From: Xylanibacter ruminicola 23
GTDB lineage: Bacteria > Bacteroidota > Bacteroidia > Bacteroidales > Bacteroidaceae
Direction: 5' to 3'
Length of the DNA: 32,000 nt
NCBI RefSeq assembly: GCF_000025925.1
Contig: NC_014033.1
Span: forward strand, 2,880,001-2,912,000
The first letter of the stretch is position 1. Each line of letters starts with the position of its first letter. The position numbers were made by a program, and so were the translations under genes. Under the pieces are notes generated by a model. It did no database searches and had not been told where the DNA came from. It worked only from the letters and a program-made list of their open reading frames with translations. Below, piece by piece: positions 9,027 through 16,512 of the stretch.

Positions 9027-9653
9027 CTGTTTCCAGGTATCAGGACTCTTACGCCACTCAGCCAGAACGGCCTTGTCCTCTTCCTTAATATAACCAGTCT
9101 TGGCAGCCTCTTCAATCACTGCCTCATAGTTGCTCAGTGTAATCAGTTTCACGCCAGCCTCGGCAAAAGCCTTCTCAGCTACAGGGAATCCGTAGGTAAA
9201 CGAAGCTACCATACCAATCACCTCAACACCATAGTCGCGCAGTGCCTGAACAGCCTTCAGACTGCTCCCGCCAGTAGAAATCAAATCCTCTACTACAACC
9301 ACCTTGGCACCTTTCTTAATCTCGCCTTCTACCTGGTTGCCCATACCATGATCTTTTGGCTTTGGACGAACATAGCTGTATGGCAAGCCCAGCTCCTCGG
9401 CTACGAGTGCACCCTGTGCAATAGCACCAGTGGCCACACCTGCAACAGCCTCAGCCTCAGGGAAGTTCTCCTGAATAGCATGACAGAGCTCCAGCTTTAC
9501 AAACGAACGCAGACGTGGGAACGAGAGCGTCTTACGATTATCAGTATAAATAGGTGACTTCCAACCCGAAGCCCATGTAAACGGGTCGTTTGGCTGCAAC
9601 TTGATGGCCTGAATCTCCATCAGTTTCTGGGCAAATTGATTCTTGATTTCCAT
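9021..9653 (-). CDS. pyrE: Orotate phosphoribosyltransferase
   Basis: The track ORF is trimmed to MEIKNQFAQKL (ATG 9653-9651), which lies downstream of a TAtcTTTG box. PRTase motif VVVVEDLISTGGS. Confidence 0.9.
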   Translation of the reverse strand: MEIKNQFAQKLMEIQAIKLQPNDPFTWASGWKSPIYTDNRKTLSFPRLRSFVKLELCHAIQENFPEAEAVAGVATGAIAQGALVAEELGLPYSYVRPKPKDHGMGNQVEGEIKKGAKVVVVEDLISTGGSSLKAVQALRDYGVEVIGMVASFTYGFPVAEKAFAEAGVKLITLSNYEAVIEEAAKTGYIKEEDKAVLAEWRKSPDTWKQD

Positions 9654-9676
9654 AACGTTATTCTGTATTTTGGGTG

Positions 9677-9684
9677 CAAAGATA
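9677..9684 (-). promoter_or_regulatory. -7 box TAtcTTTG upstream of pyrE
   Basis: The minus strand reads CTATCTTTGCACCC, 23 nt before the ATG. Confidence 0.45.
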
Positions 9685-9715
9685 GTGTAAATCAAGCGAA
9701 TAACCAAATTATTAC

Positions 9716-10414
9716 CTATCTTTTTGTATAGCCAAGTGCCAGAACACTTATCTTTATGCCACCATTCAGGGCTATTTGCTTAGCACAAGCGGTTACAGTA
9801 GCGCCTGTAGTCACCACATCGTCAATCACCAGCAGGTGTTTTGCCCCTGCAGGAATCTGGTTCAGCGCAAACATCTGTTCCACATTCTCAGCACGGCTCC
9901 ATCTGCTTTTCTTGGTCTGACTCTCCACAAAATCCACACGCCGCACCACATCGGTCAAAACAGGCAAACCTGTAATCTCGCTGATACCTTGAGCAATAGC
10001 ATCGCTCTGGTTATAACCACGCTGGCGCAAACGTTTCTTAGCCAATGGTACAGGTACTATGCCATCGATTCCATCGAAGAATCCCGCGCCTTGCATCTCT
10101 TTAGCCAACATACGTCCAAGAATCACACCTACCTCGGGGTGATCCTTGTATTTAAGCTGGTAGATCATGTTGGCGGTATCAGAATGGGCTTCGTAGTAAA
10201 AATAGGCGGCAGCACGCTCGATAGGAATTAGATGCCAGAAGCTTTTCGCCATCTCATTATCATAGGGATCAAGCCAAAAACCGGTACGAGGCAGATGAAA
10301 GTGACATTTCATGCAAAGCACCTCTTCGGTAGCCGACAGTCGGCGACCGCATATCACACAAGTGCGTGGCGAAATAAAATCCAGTAATCGTCGCCAGATA
10401 CTAATCCATTTCAT
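9716..10414 (-). CDS. comF: ComF-family phosphoribosyltransferase-like protein
   Basis: Trimmed to MKWISIWRRLLDFISPRTCVICGRRL (ATG 10414-10412). It has a double Cys finger (CVIC...CMKC) and a PRTase motif LLVIDDVVTTGAT. Confidence 0.8.
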   Translation of the reverse strand: MKWISIWRRLLDFISPRTCVICGRRLSATEEVLCMKCHFHLPRTGFWLDPYDNEMAKSFWHLIPIERAAAYFYYEAHSDTANMIYQLKYKDHPEVGVILGRMLAKEMQGAGFFDGIDGIVPVPLAKKRLRQRGYNQSDAIAQGISEITGLPVLTDVVRRVDFVESQTKKSRWSRAENVEQMFALNQIPAGAKHLLVIDDVVTTGATVTACAKQIALNGGIKISVLALGYTKR

Positions 10415-10892
10415 CGTCAATATCCATCTCTTCGTCAACATCCAGGCATTGACGAATGATACCATAGTCGAAGCCACGACTCAAGGCGAAGCGAACCAGT
10501 TTCTGATTCAACTCATAATCGTTGGCGGCTTTAATGCTTTTGCGTTTCTGTTTCAACAGCGGCACCAGCACCTTCAGGTACTCCTCATCGTCGATTTCAT
10601 CGAGCACCCGCTGCTGTATATCATCATCTATACGCTTCATCCAGAGTGCCTGCTGCACCTTGCGTCGACCCCACTTGTTATAGCGCACCTTATCTTTTAC
10701 AAAAGCACGGGCATAACGTTCATTATCAATATAGCGCTCTTTGGTAAGACGCTCTACCACACGGTTCTGCGCCTCAGGAGCCATTCCCCAACGCTTCATC
10801 TTATCACGCATCTCCTGCTCGCAGTGTTCGGCCTGTGCACAGGCAGCCGCTAACTGCAGGTAAGCCTCTTGTTCTGTTTTCTCCTTTGTCAT
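10401..10892 (-). CDS. recX: RecX-family regulatory protein
   Basis: 163-aa helical-repeat ORF (ERLTKERYIDNERYARAFVKDKVRYNKWGRRKVQQAL) with an acidic C-terminal tail. 4-nt overlap with prmC. Confidence 0.8.
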   Translation of the reverse strand: MTKEKTEQEAYLQLAAACAQAEHCEQEMRDKMKRWGMAPEAQNRVVERLTKERYIDNERYARAFVKDKVRYNKWGRRKVQQALWMKRIDDDIQQRVLDEIDDEEYLKVLVPLLKQKRKSIKAANDYELNQKLVRFALSRGFDYGIIRQCLDVDEEMDIDDEMD

Positions 10893-11749
10893 GCTTTAGT
10901 TGCTTTTATAAATCTTGTTTTGCCGTATTGGTCGTCAATCTTCGCAATATCTACAAAGCCCAAAGTCTGCAGATTTTCTACGATGGAATCGGCATAAATG
11001 GGATTAATTTCGTAATATAATCGTCCTCCCTGCTTTAAGGCCAACTTGGCATAATGCATGATATGACGATAAAACAGTAACGGATCATCGTCGGGCACAA
11101 ACAGGGCTGTATCTGGTTCGTATTTCAGCACATTTTCCTCCATTTCATCGGCTTCCTTCCGACAGATATAAGGTGGATTACTAACGATTACATCCCACCT
11201 GTCGGCCTCTGTCTCTAAAGCCAAGGCATCATGTTTCTCAAACTTCACATCAGCCCCAAGCGCCTGGGCATTATGCCGAGCAATGGCCAGTGCCTCGTCA
11301 GAGATATCCCAAGCTGTAACTTTAGAGTCGGGAATATCCAATGCCAATGTAATAGCAATACAGCCGCTACCGGTACCTATATCCAGCACAGAACACCCCT
11401 TTAACTTCCCTTTATCTTCTGCTAACTTCCCTTTAAATTCCTCTCCGATTAAATGGCATAATTCGGCTGTTTCTGGACGAGGAATCAGCACACCAGGAGC
11501 CACATAGAACTGGCGACCACAGAAGTCGGCCACACCCAAAACATACTGCACAGGCTCGGCTTTTTCGAGTCTTTGCATGATTTTTTCGAGTTCTGCTTGG
11601 TCGTTTGCCGATAATTGTGTAACTTTGCCACAATAAATATCGGCCGTTGACAGACCGAAACGTACATCAAGCACCCAACGGACAAGGGCTTTCGCCTCGC
11701 CGGCATCGTAAATCTTGCAAAGTCTTTGGCAAAGTTCTTCGTAATTCAT
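10889..11749 (-). CDS. prmC: Release-factor glutamine N5-methyltransferase
   Basis: Trimmed to MNYEELCQRL (ATG 11749-11747). It has the SAM motif VLDIGTGSGCIAI and the catalytic NPPY (VSNPPYI). The 69-codon upstream extension in the track overlaps ribD and the intergenic repeats. Confidence 0.9.
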   Translation of the reverse strand: MNYEELCQRLCKIYDAGEAKALVRWVLDVRFGLSTADIYCGKVTQLSANDQAELEKIMQRLEKAEPVQYVLGVADFCGRQFYVAPGVLIPRPETAELCHLIGEEFKGKLAEDKGKLKGCSVLDIGTGSGCIAITLALDIPDSKVTAWDISDEALAIARHNAQALGADVKFEKHDALALETEADRWDVIVSNPPYICRKEADEMEENVLKYEPDTALFVPDDDPLLFYRHIMHYAKLALKQGGRLYYEINPIYADSIVENLQTLGFVDIAKIDDQYGKTRFIKATKA

Positions 11750-11753
11750 GGTG

Positions 11754-11761
11754 CAAAAGTA
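11754..11761 (-). promoter_or_regulatory. -7 box TActTTTG only 4 nt upstream of the prmC ATG (possible leaderless mRNA)
   Basis: The minus strand reads TACTTTTGCACCATG. Confidence 0.3.
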
Positions 11762-11770
11762 CAAAAAAGT

Positions 11771-11791
11771 AGTGAATAGTGAATAGTGAAT
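11771..11791. repeat. Perfect heptamer tandem repeat (AGTGAAT)x3 in the prmC/ribD divergent spacer
   Basis: It reads agtgaat agtgaat agtgaat, followed by the degenerate unit agtaaaa. Confidence 0.8.
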
Positions 11792-11803
11792 AGTAAAAAT
11801 AAT

Positions 11804-12727
11804 ATGATAGACGACAAAAAATTCATGCAACGCTGCATTCAGCTGGCAAAAAACGGACAGCTGAACGCTAAGCCCAACCCCATGGTGGGCGCAGTTATTG
11901 TACATAACGGCCGTATTATTGGCGAGGGTTACCACGTGCGCTGTGGTCTGGCTCATGCCGAGGTAAACGCTTTTGCCTCTGTACGAGCAGAAGACGAGGC
12001 CTTGTTGCCCGAATCAACCATCTACGTATCGCTTGAGCCCTGCTCACATTATGGTAAGACGCCCCCTTGCGCCGACTTGATTATCGAGAAAGGTGTGCGC
12101 CGTGTGGTTGTAGGATGTATCGATGAATTCGCCGAAGTTCAAGGTCGAGGCATCCAGAAACTACGCGATGCAGGCATCGAAGTAGAGGTAGGCGTACTCG
12201 AGGATGAATGCAAGGCATTGAACCGTCGTTTTTTCACATTCCATCGCGAAAAACGTCCTTATATCATCTTGAAATGGGCACAGACCGCCAATGGTTTCAT
12301 CGACGATCATCACCAGCCCGTACAAATCTCAAGCGACTTTACCAAGATGCTTTCGCACAAACTGCGTGCTGAGGAGGATGCTATTCTAGTGGGGCGCGTT
12401 ACCGATGAGCGCGAACATCCGCAGCTGAATGTACGCGAATGGTACGGACCTGATCCCAAACGTATGGTGATAGACCGTGCTCACCCGCTGAACCTCGAGA
12501 GCTTGCATGCTCAGAATATCCAGTCGATTATTGTCGAAGGCGGTACCGAAACGTTACAATCCTTTATCGTGCAAGGTCTTTGGGACGAGCTACGTGTTGA
12601 AACCAACACATCACTGACCGTTAGCGATGGTACGCGTGCACCACAGCTGCCTGCTAGCGCCCAAGTGGCAAGCAGTCATATCTACGGTAAAAATGTGATT
12701 GTGGTTTATCAGCGAAAATACAGATAG
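11804..12727 (+). CDS. ribD: Bifunctional riboflavin biosynthesis deaminase/reductase
   Basis: The start is moved from the track GTG (11786) to ATG 11804 (MIDDKKFMQRCIQLA). Deaminase zinc motifs HAEVNA and PCSHYGKTPPC, with a reductase C-terminal domain. Confidence 0.9.
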   Translation: MIDDKKFMQRCIQLAKNGQLNAKPNPMVGAVIVHNGRIIGEGYHVRCGLAHAEVNAFASVRAEDEALLPESTIYVSLEPCSHYGKTPPCADLIIEKGVRRVVVGCIDEFAEVQGRGIQKLRDAGIEVEVGVLEDECKALNRRFFTFHREKRPYIILKWAQTANGFIDDHHQPVQISSDFTKMLSHKLRAEEDAILVGRVTDEREHPQLNVREWYGPDPKRMVIDRAHPLNLESLHAQNIQSIIVEGGTETLQSFIVQGLWDELRVETNTSLTVSDGTRAPQLPASAQVASSHIYGKNVIVVYQRKYR

Positions 12728-13582
12728 TTATTTTCTACCAAAATCGGCAGGTACCTCACCCCACTTCTGTGTTTCCCATTTTATGATGGGATTACGGTAC
12801 TGGTGGGTACGCAACCAGTTCTCGGCTCTTGCAATAATTTGGAAGAGCTGTTCGGTTTGTGGGGTGCGTTCAAGTGTAGTTTTACATTTGCCTTTCGACA
12901 CCCATAGAATGGCATTATAACTATCCGAATATATGGTTTTATCGTGCCATCCCTTTTGCCAACAAAGTGCCAAGGCATGCACAATAGCCAAGAATTCACC
13001 GATATTATTTGTGCCTTTTACAGGACCAAAATGAAAAACCCTTGCGCCTGTAGTCAGATCAATACCCTGATACTCCATCGGTCCAGGGTTTCCGCTACAA
13101 GCAGCATCTACTGCAAAAGCGTCTGCCCTTACAGCCTCCCCCAACCCCCTCCAAGTAGAGGGGGCTTTAGGTGAATTCTGTACCTTTTTCTTATCCGATG
13201 GTATAATTTCCATAAGTGCTTTCTTAATGTTCCTAAGTACCTCTTGCGTATTTGCGACTACCTCCTCGTTCGTAAAACGAATAACAGTAAAACCGCTTTT
13301 CTGCAAATCCTCTGTCCTACTCTTATCCTTTACTATCTGCTTGTCTTCAAGGTGATACTGACCGTCTATTTCTATTACTAACTTCTTATGCAAGCAAACA
13401 AAATCTACAATATAATCCTTGATGATATGCTGCCTTCTAAACTTATGCCCATCAATACTTCTTGATTTTAGGATCTCCCACACGATACTTTCAGCCTCTG
13501 TAGGATGACTCATGTTGTAATCTGCATAAGCCCTTAGCAAGTCGTAATTGGCATTATCAGCCGTTTCATAAATATAGGTCAT
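12728..13582 (-). CDS. Chimeric ORF: N-terminal DUF559/Vsr-like endonuclease domain fused to a C-terminal RNase H (type 1) core
   Basis: aa 1 to about 125 read HPTEAESIVWEILK...FRRQHIIKDYIVDFVCLHKKLVIEIDGQYH...TVIRFTNEEV (DUF559). aa from about 150 read AVDAACSGNPGPMEYQG...TNNIGEFLAIVHAL...IYSDSYNAILWV (RNase H). The linker KAPSTWRGLGEAV is encoded by the left inverted repeat. Confidence 0.8.
   Translation of the reverse strand: MTYIYETADNANYDLLRAYADYNMSHPTEAESIVWEILKSRSIDGHKFRRQHIIKDYIVDFVCLHKKLVIEIDGQYHLEDKQIVKDKSRTEDLQKSGFTVIRFTNEEVVANTQEVLRNIKKALMEIIPSDKKKVQNSPKAPSTWRGLGEAVRADAFAVDAACSGNPGPMEYQGIDLTTGARVFHFGPVKGTNNIGEFLAIVHALALCWQKGWHDKTIYSDSYNAILWVSKGKCKTTLERTPQTEQLFQIIARAENWLRTHQYRNPIIKWETQKWGEVPADFGRK
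13133..13167. repeat. Left inverted repeat (G/C-rich, self-complementary)
   Basis: agcctcccccaaccccctccaagtagagggggctt. It has an internal stem ccccctc/gaggggg. Confidence 0.85.
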
Positions 13583-13596
13583 CTCACAATATGATT

Positions 13597-13631
13597 AAGC
13601 CCCCTCCCTTTGGAGGGGGATGGGGGAGGCT
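13597..13631. repeat. Right inverted repeat (G/C-rich hairpin), 2 nt downstream of the argS stop
   Basis: The reverse complement agcctcccccatccccctccaaagggagggggctt matches the left repeat at 31/35 positions. It has an internal 8-bp stem ccccctcc/ggaggggg with a 4-nt loop. Confidence 0.85.
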
Positions 13632-13633
13632 TT

Positions 13634-15418
13634 TTACATACGCTCAGGAACTTCGATGCCCAGCAGGCTCATACCGTTCTTGATAATCTTGGCCACATTC
13701 TTAGCCAGCATCAAGCGTACGGCCTTCTTCTGCTCATCGGGTTCGTTCAGAATGCTGTAATCGTGATAGAACTGATTGAACACCTTGGTGAGCTCGTAGC
13801 AGTAGTTAGCGATACCACTTGGTGAGTAATCCTTACCAGCCTGCTCTACAGCAGCACCAAACTCGTTCATCTTCTGAACCAGCTCTACCTCCTTCTCAGC
13901 CAGATCAACCTGAGCATTAGCAGGCTTCAAGCCCTCAGCCTCGGCCTTACGCAGGATCGAACGGATACGAGCGTAGGTGTACTGGATGAAAGGACCAGTA
14001 TTTCCGTTGAAATCGATACTTTCCTCGGGGTTGAACAGCATGTTCTTACGAGCATCAACCTTCAGGATAAAGTACTTCAGGGCACCCATACCAACCACAC
14101 GAGCAATCTCACGGCGCTCCTCTTCGGTCATATCGTCGAACTTACCCAGCTCCATCGAGGTCTTGTAGGCATCCTCTACCATCAGTGCCATCAGGTCGTC
14201 GGCATCAACAACCGTTCCCTCACGACTCTTCATCTTACCGTTTGGCAGTTCTACCATACCATATGAGAAGTGTGTAAGCTCCTTACCCCACTTGAATCCT
14301 AAGCGATCCAACAGGATAGAGAGTACCTGGAAGTGGTAGTTCTGCTCGTTACCTACCACATATATCATCTTATCGATAGGATAATCCTTGAAACGCATCT
14401 CGGCTGTACCGATATCCTGAGTCATATAAACCGAAGTACCATCGCTACGCAGCAGCAGCTTCTGGTCGAGACCCTCGTTAGTCAGGTCGGCCCAAACCGA
14501 GTTGTCCTCGTGGCGCTCAAACAGGCCCTTAGCCAAGCCCTCTTCAACCTTAGCCTTACCCTTCAGGTAGGTCTGACTCTCGTAATAGATCTTATCGAAC
14601 GATACGCCCATCTTCTTGTAGGTCTCGTCGAAACCGGCATATACCCAGTTGTTCATCTTCTCCCACAGAGCGCGTACCTCGGGATCGTTGTTCTCCCACT
14701 TAACCAGCATCTCGTGAGCCTCCTTAATCAGTGGAGCCTCCTGCTTAGCCTTCTCCTCGTCCATACCCTGGGCTACGAGTTCCTTCACCTCCTCGCGGTA
14801 GTGCTTATCGAAAGCTACGTAGTAGTCACCAATCAGGTGGTCGCCCTTCTTGCCCGATGTCTCAGGAGTCTCGCCGTTGCCGTACTTCAGCCAAGCCAGC
14901 ATCGACTTACAGATATGAATACCGCGGTCGTTCACGATATTGGTCTTCACCACCTTGTTACCATTGGCCTCCATAATCTGTGCCAAACTCCAACCCAGCA
15001 GGTTGTTACGTACATGGCCCAGGTGCAAAGGCTTGTTGGTGTTAGGCGAAGAGTATTCGATCATAACCAGAGGCGACTCGTCGGTAACCTGCTTCATGCC
15101 GAAACGCTCATCCTTATCGATAGCATCGAGCAACTGCAACCAGGCACCATCGCCAACGCTCAGGTTCAAGAAACCTTTTACCACATTAAACTTCTCAACA
15201 GCTGCACAGTTAGCAGTCAGGTATTCACCAATCTCCTGTGCTGTCTGCTCCGGACTCTTCTTGGCAGCCTTCACAAAGGGGAATACCACCAGAGTCAAGT
15301 TACCCTCAAACTCACTTCTTGTCTTCTGCAACTGCAGCATCTTCTCTGTGGCATCCATGCCATAGAGGGCCTTTACTGCCTCGCCTGCAGCCTTGCTGAT
15401 TAATGCTTCAATATTCAT
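13634..15418 (-). CDS. argS: Arginine--tRNA ligase
   Basis: 594-aa ORF with the class I HIGH-type motif SPNTNKPLHLGHVRN and a KMSK-like MKSREG. The anticodon-binding C-terminus ends in ...GIEVPERM. Confidence 0.95.
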   Translation of the reverse strand: MNIEALISKAAGEAVKALYGMDATEKMLQLQKTRSEFEGNLTLVVFPFVKAAKKSPEQTAQEIGEYLTANCAAVEKFNVVKGFLNLSVGDGAWLQLLDAIDKDERFGMKQVTDESPLVMIEYSSPNTNKPLHLGHVRNNLLGWSLAQIMEANGNKVVKTNIVNDRGIHICKSMLAWLKYGNGETPETSGKKGDHLIGDYYVAFDKHYREEVKELVAQGMDEEKAKQEAPLIKEAHEMLVKWENNDPEVRALWEKMNNWVYAGFDETYKKMGVSFDKIYYESQTYLKGKAKVEEGLAKGLFERHEDNSVWADLTNEGLDQKLLLRSDGTSVYMTQDIGTAEMRFKDYPIDKMIYVVGNEQNYHFQVLSILLDRLGFKWGKELTHFSYGMVELPNGKMKSREGTVVDADDLMALMVEDAYKTSMELGKFDDMTEEERREIARVVGMGALKYFILKVDARKNMLFNPEESIDFNGNTGPFIQYTYARIRSILRKAEAEGLKPANAQVDLAEKEVELVQKMNEFGAAVEQAGKDYSPSGIANYCYELTKVFNQFYHDYSILNEPDEQKKAVRLMLAKNVAKIIKNGMSLLGIEVPERM

Positions 15419-15437
15419 ATCTTTCGATTTTTGGGTG

Positions 15438-15445
15438 CAAAATTA
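15438..15445 (-). promoter_or_regulatory. -7 box TAatTTTG upstream of argS
   Basis: The minus strand reads TAATTTTGCACCC, 19 nt before the ATG. Confidence 0.45.
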
Positions 15446-15474
15446 ATAAAAATATATGGAAATTAGATACTTAG

Positions 15475-15500
15475 TGTACAAAAAGTTACATCTTTGTACA
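15475..15500. promoter_or_regulatory. 26-bp palindrome TGTACAAA-N10-TTTGTACA in the argS/binding-protein divergent spacer (candidate operator)
   Basis: Perfect 8-bp arms. Each arm contains the self-palindromic TGTACA. Confidence 0.35.
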
Positions 15501-15531
15501 AAAAAAACGCACATAGTTTAAAACTTTTTTG

Positions 15532-15539
15532 TATCTTTG
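15532..15539 (+). promoter_or_regulatory. -7 box TAtcTTTG upstream of the binding-protein/kinase operon
   Basis: It reads TATCTTTGCGCCC, 22 nt before ATG 15562. Confidence 0.45.
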
Positions 15540-15561
15540 CGCCCGACGAGAGAGAAATAGA

Positions 15562-16512
15562 ATGAGACATAGCCTTAAACATATCACCATGGTCTTTGCT
15601 GTGATGCTGGCCTTACCAGTAGCGGCAAAGGGTGAAAGATTTGTGTTTACTACCATCTGGACGGCGCAGGCACAGTTTGCCGGCTATTATGCCGCCAAAG
15701 AGAAAGGATTTTACGACGAAATGGGCCTGGATGTGATTATCCAGCACCCTTCGCTCACCAGTTCGGCCTCCAACCGCTTGAAGACCAACCAGTGCGACGC
15801 AGCCATGTTTTCGATGATGTCGGCCATGGACTTCATTGCCCAAGGCACACCACTGGTAAACATCTTTCAGGACTCCATGAACAGCAGTAACATTTTAGTT
15901 TCGCGCTGGGGTGCTGATCCGTCAAAGATGAAAGGTCAACGTGTGGGCATCTTCAATTCCGACCCCAACTACCTAACCTTTATAATGAGTAAGAAGGAAG
16001 GCATGAATTACGAGTGGGTGCGTTTTACCAGCGACATCAACGTGTTCCTGTCGGGTGCCGTAGATGCCACTATGGTAGTGAGTTACAACGAGTTCTGCCA
16101 GCTGAAGCAGGCCGGATTTAATCTCCCCGAGAGAAGTTTGTATCGTTTTAGCGATCACGATTATAACATACAGGAAAACGGCGTTTACGTAAAACGCCAG
16201 TATTACAACACCCACCGCAGCACCGTGGGTAAGTTTGCAGCCGCCAGTCGCCGTGGCTGGGAGTGGGTAGCCGCCCACCCCGACGAGGCCTTGGAGATTG
16301 TCATGAAGTATGTACGCAAGAACGGTATCCACACCAACCGCGTGATGCAGAAGATGATGCTCGAAGAGGTGTTACGCCTGCAGATTGATCGCGAGTCGAA
16401 ACGCCGCGAGTTCCGTGTACGTGCCGATATGGTACGAAAGGCCAGTAAGATGATGTTCGAAGCCGGCATGCTGAAACGCGAAGTAACCTATAAAGAACTG
16501 ATTGGCTTATGA
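15562..16512 (+). CDS. Periplasmic substrate-binding protein, NMT1/THI5 (NitT/TauA-like) family
   Basis: Trimmed to MRHSLKHITMVFAVMLALPVAAKG (signal peptide). The mature start ERFVFTTIWTAQAQFAGYYAAKEKGFYDEMGLDV is typical of this family. No ABC permease or ATPase gene is nearby. Confidence 0.75.
   Translation: MRHSLKHITMVFAVMLALPVAAKGERFVFTTIWTAQAQFAGYYAAKEKGFYDEMGLDVIIQHPSLTSSASNRLKTNQCDAAMFSMMSAMDFIAQGTPLVNIFQDSMNSSNILVSRWGADPSKMKGQRVGIFNSDPNYLTFIMSKKEGMNYEWVRFTSDINVFLSGAVDATMVVSYNEFCQLKQAGFNLPERSLYRFSDHDYNIQENGVYVKRQYYNTHRSTVGKFAAASRRGWEWVAAHPDEALEIVMKYVRKNGIHTNRVMQKMMLEEVLRLQIDRESKRREFRVRADMVRKASKMMFEAGMLKREVTYKELIGL

Larger units (their letters stand above)
13133..13631 (-). mobile_element. 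Putative miniature cassette: DUF559 gene bounded by 35-bp terminal inverted repeats
   Basis: The terminal repeats are 31/35 identical in inverted orientation. The interior is about 33-35% GC by hand count, against a higher-GC flank. Confidence 0.5.

Noticed and set aside
11750-11803. FMN riboswitch upstream of ribD
   Set aside because: The spacer is only 54 nt and consists mostly of heptamer repeats, so there is no room for the FMN aptamer of more than 120 nt.
11750-11956. 69-codon N-terminal extension of prmC, and the 18-codon extension of pyrE at 9654-9707
   Set aside because: The extensions run through promoter boxes and repeats and, for prmC, into ribD on the other strand. Conserved N-termini begin at the internal Met residues.
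13127-13637. Target-site duplication TTAC flanking the DUF559 cassette
   Set aside because: TTAC directly abuts the left repeat (13129-32), but on the right it is offset by 2 nt (13634-37) and overlaps the argS stop codon. A 4-nt match with an offset is not distinguishable from chance.
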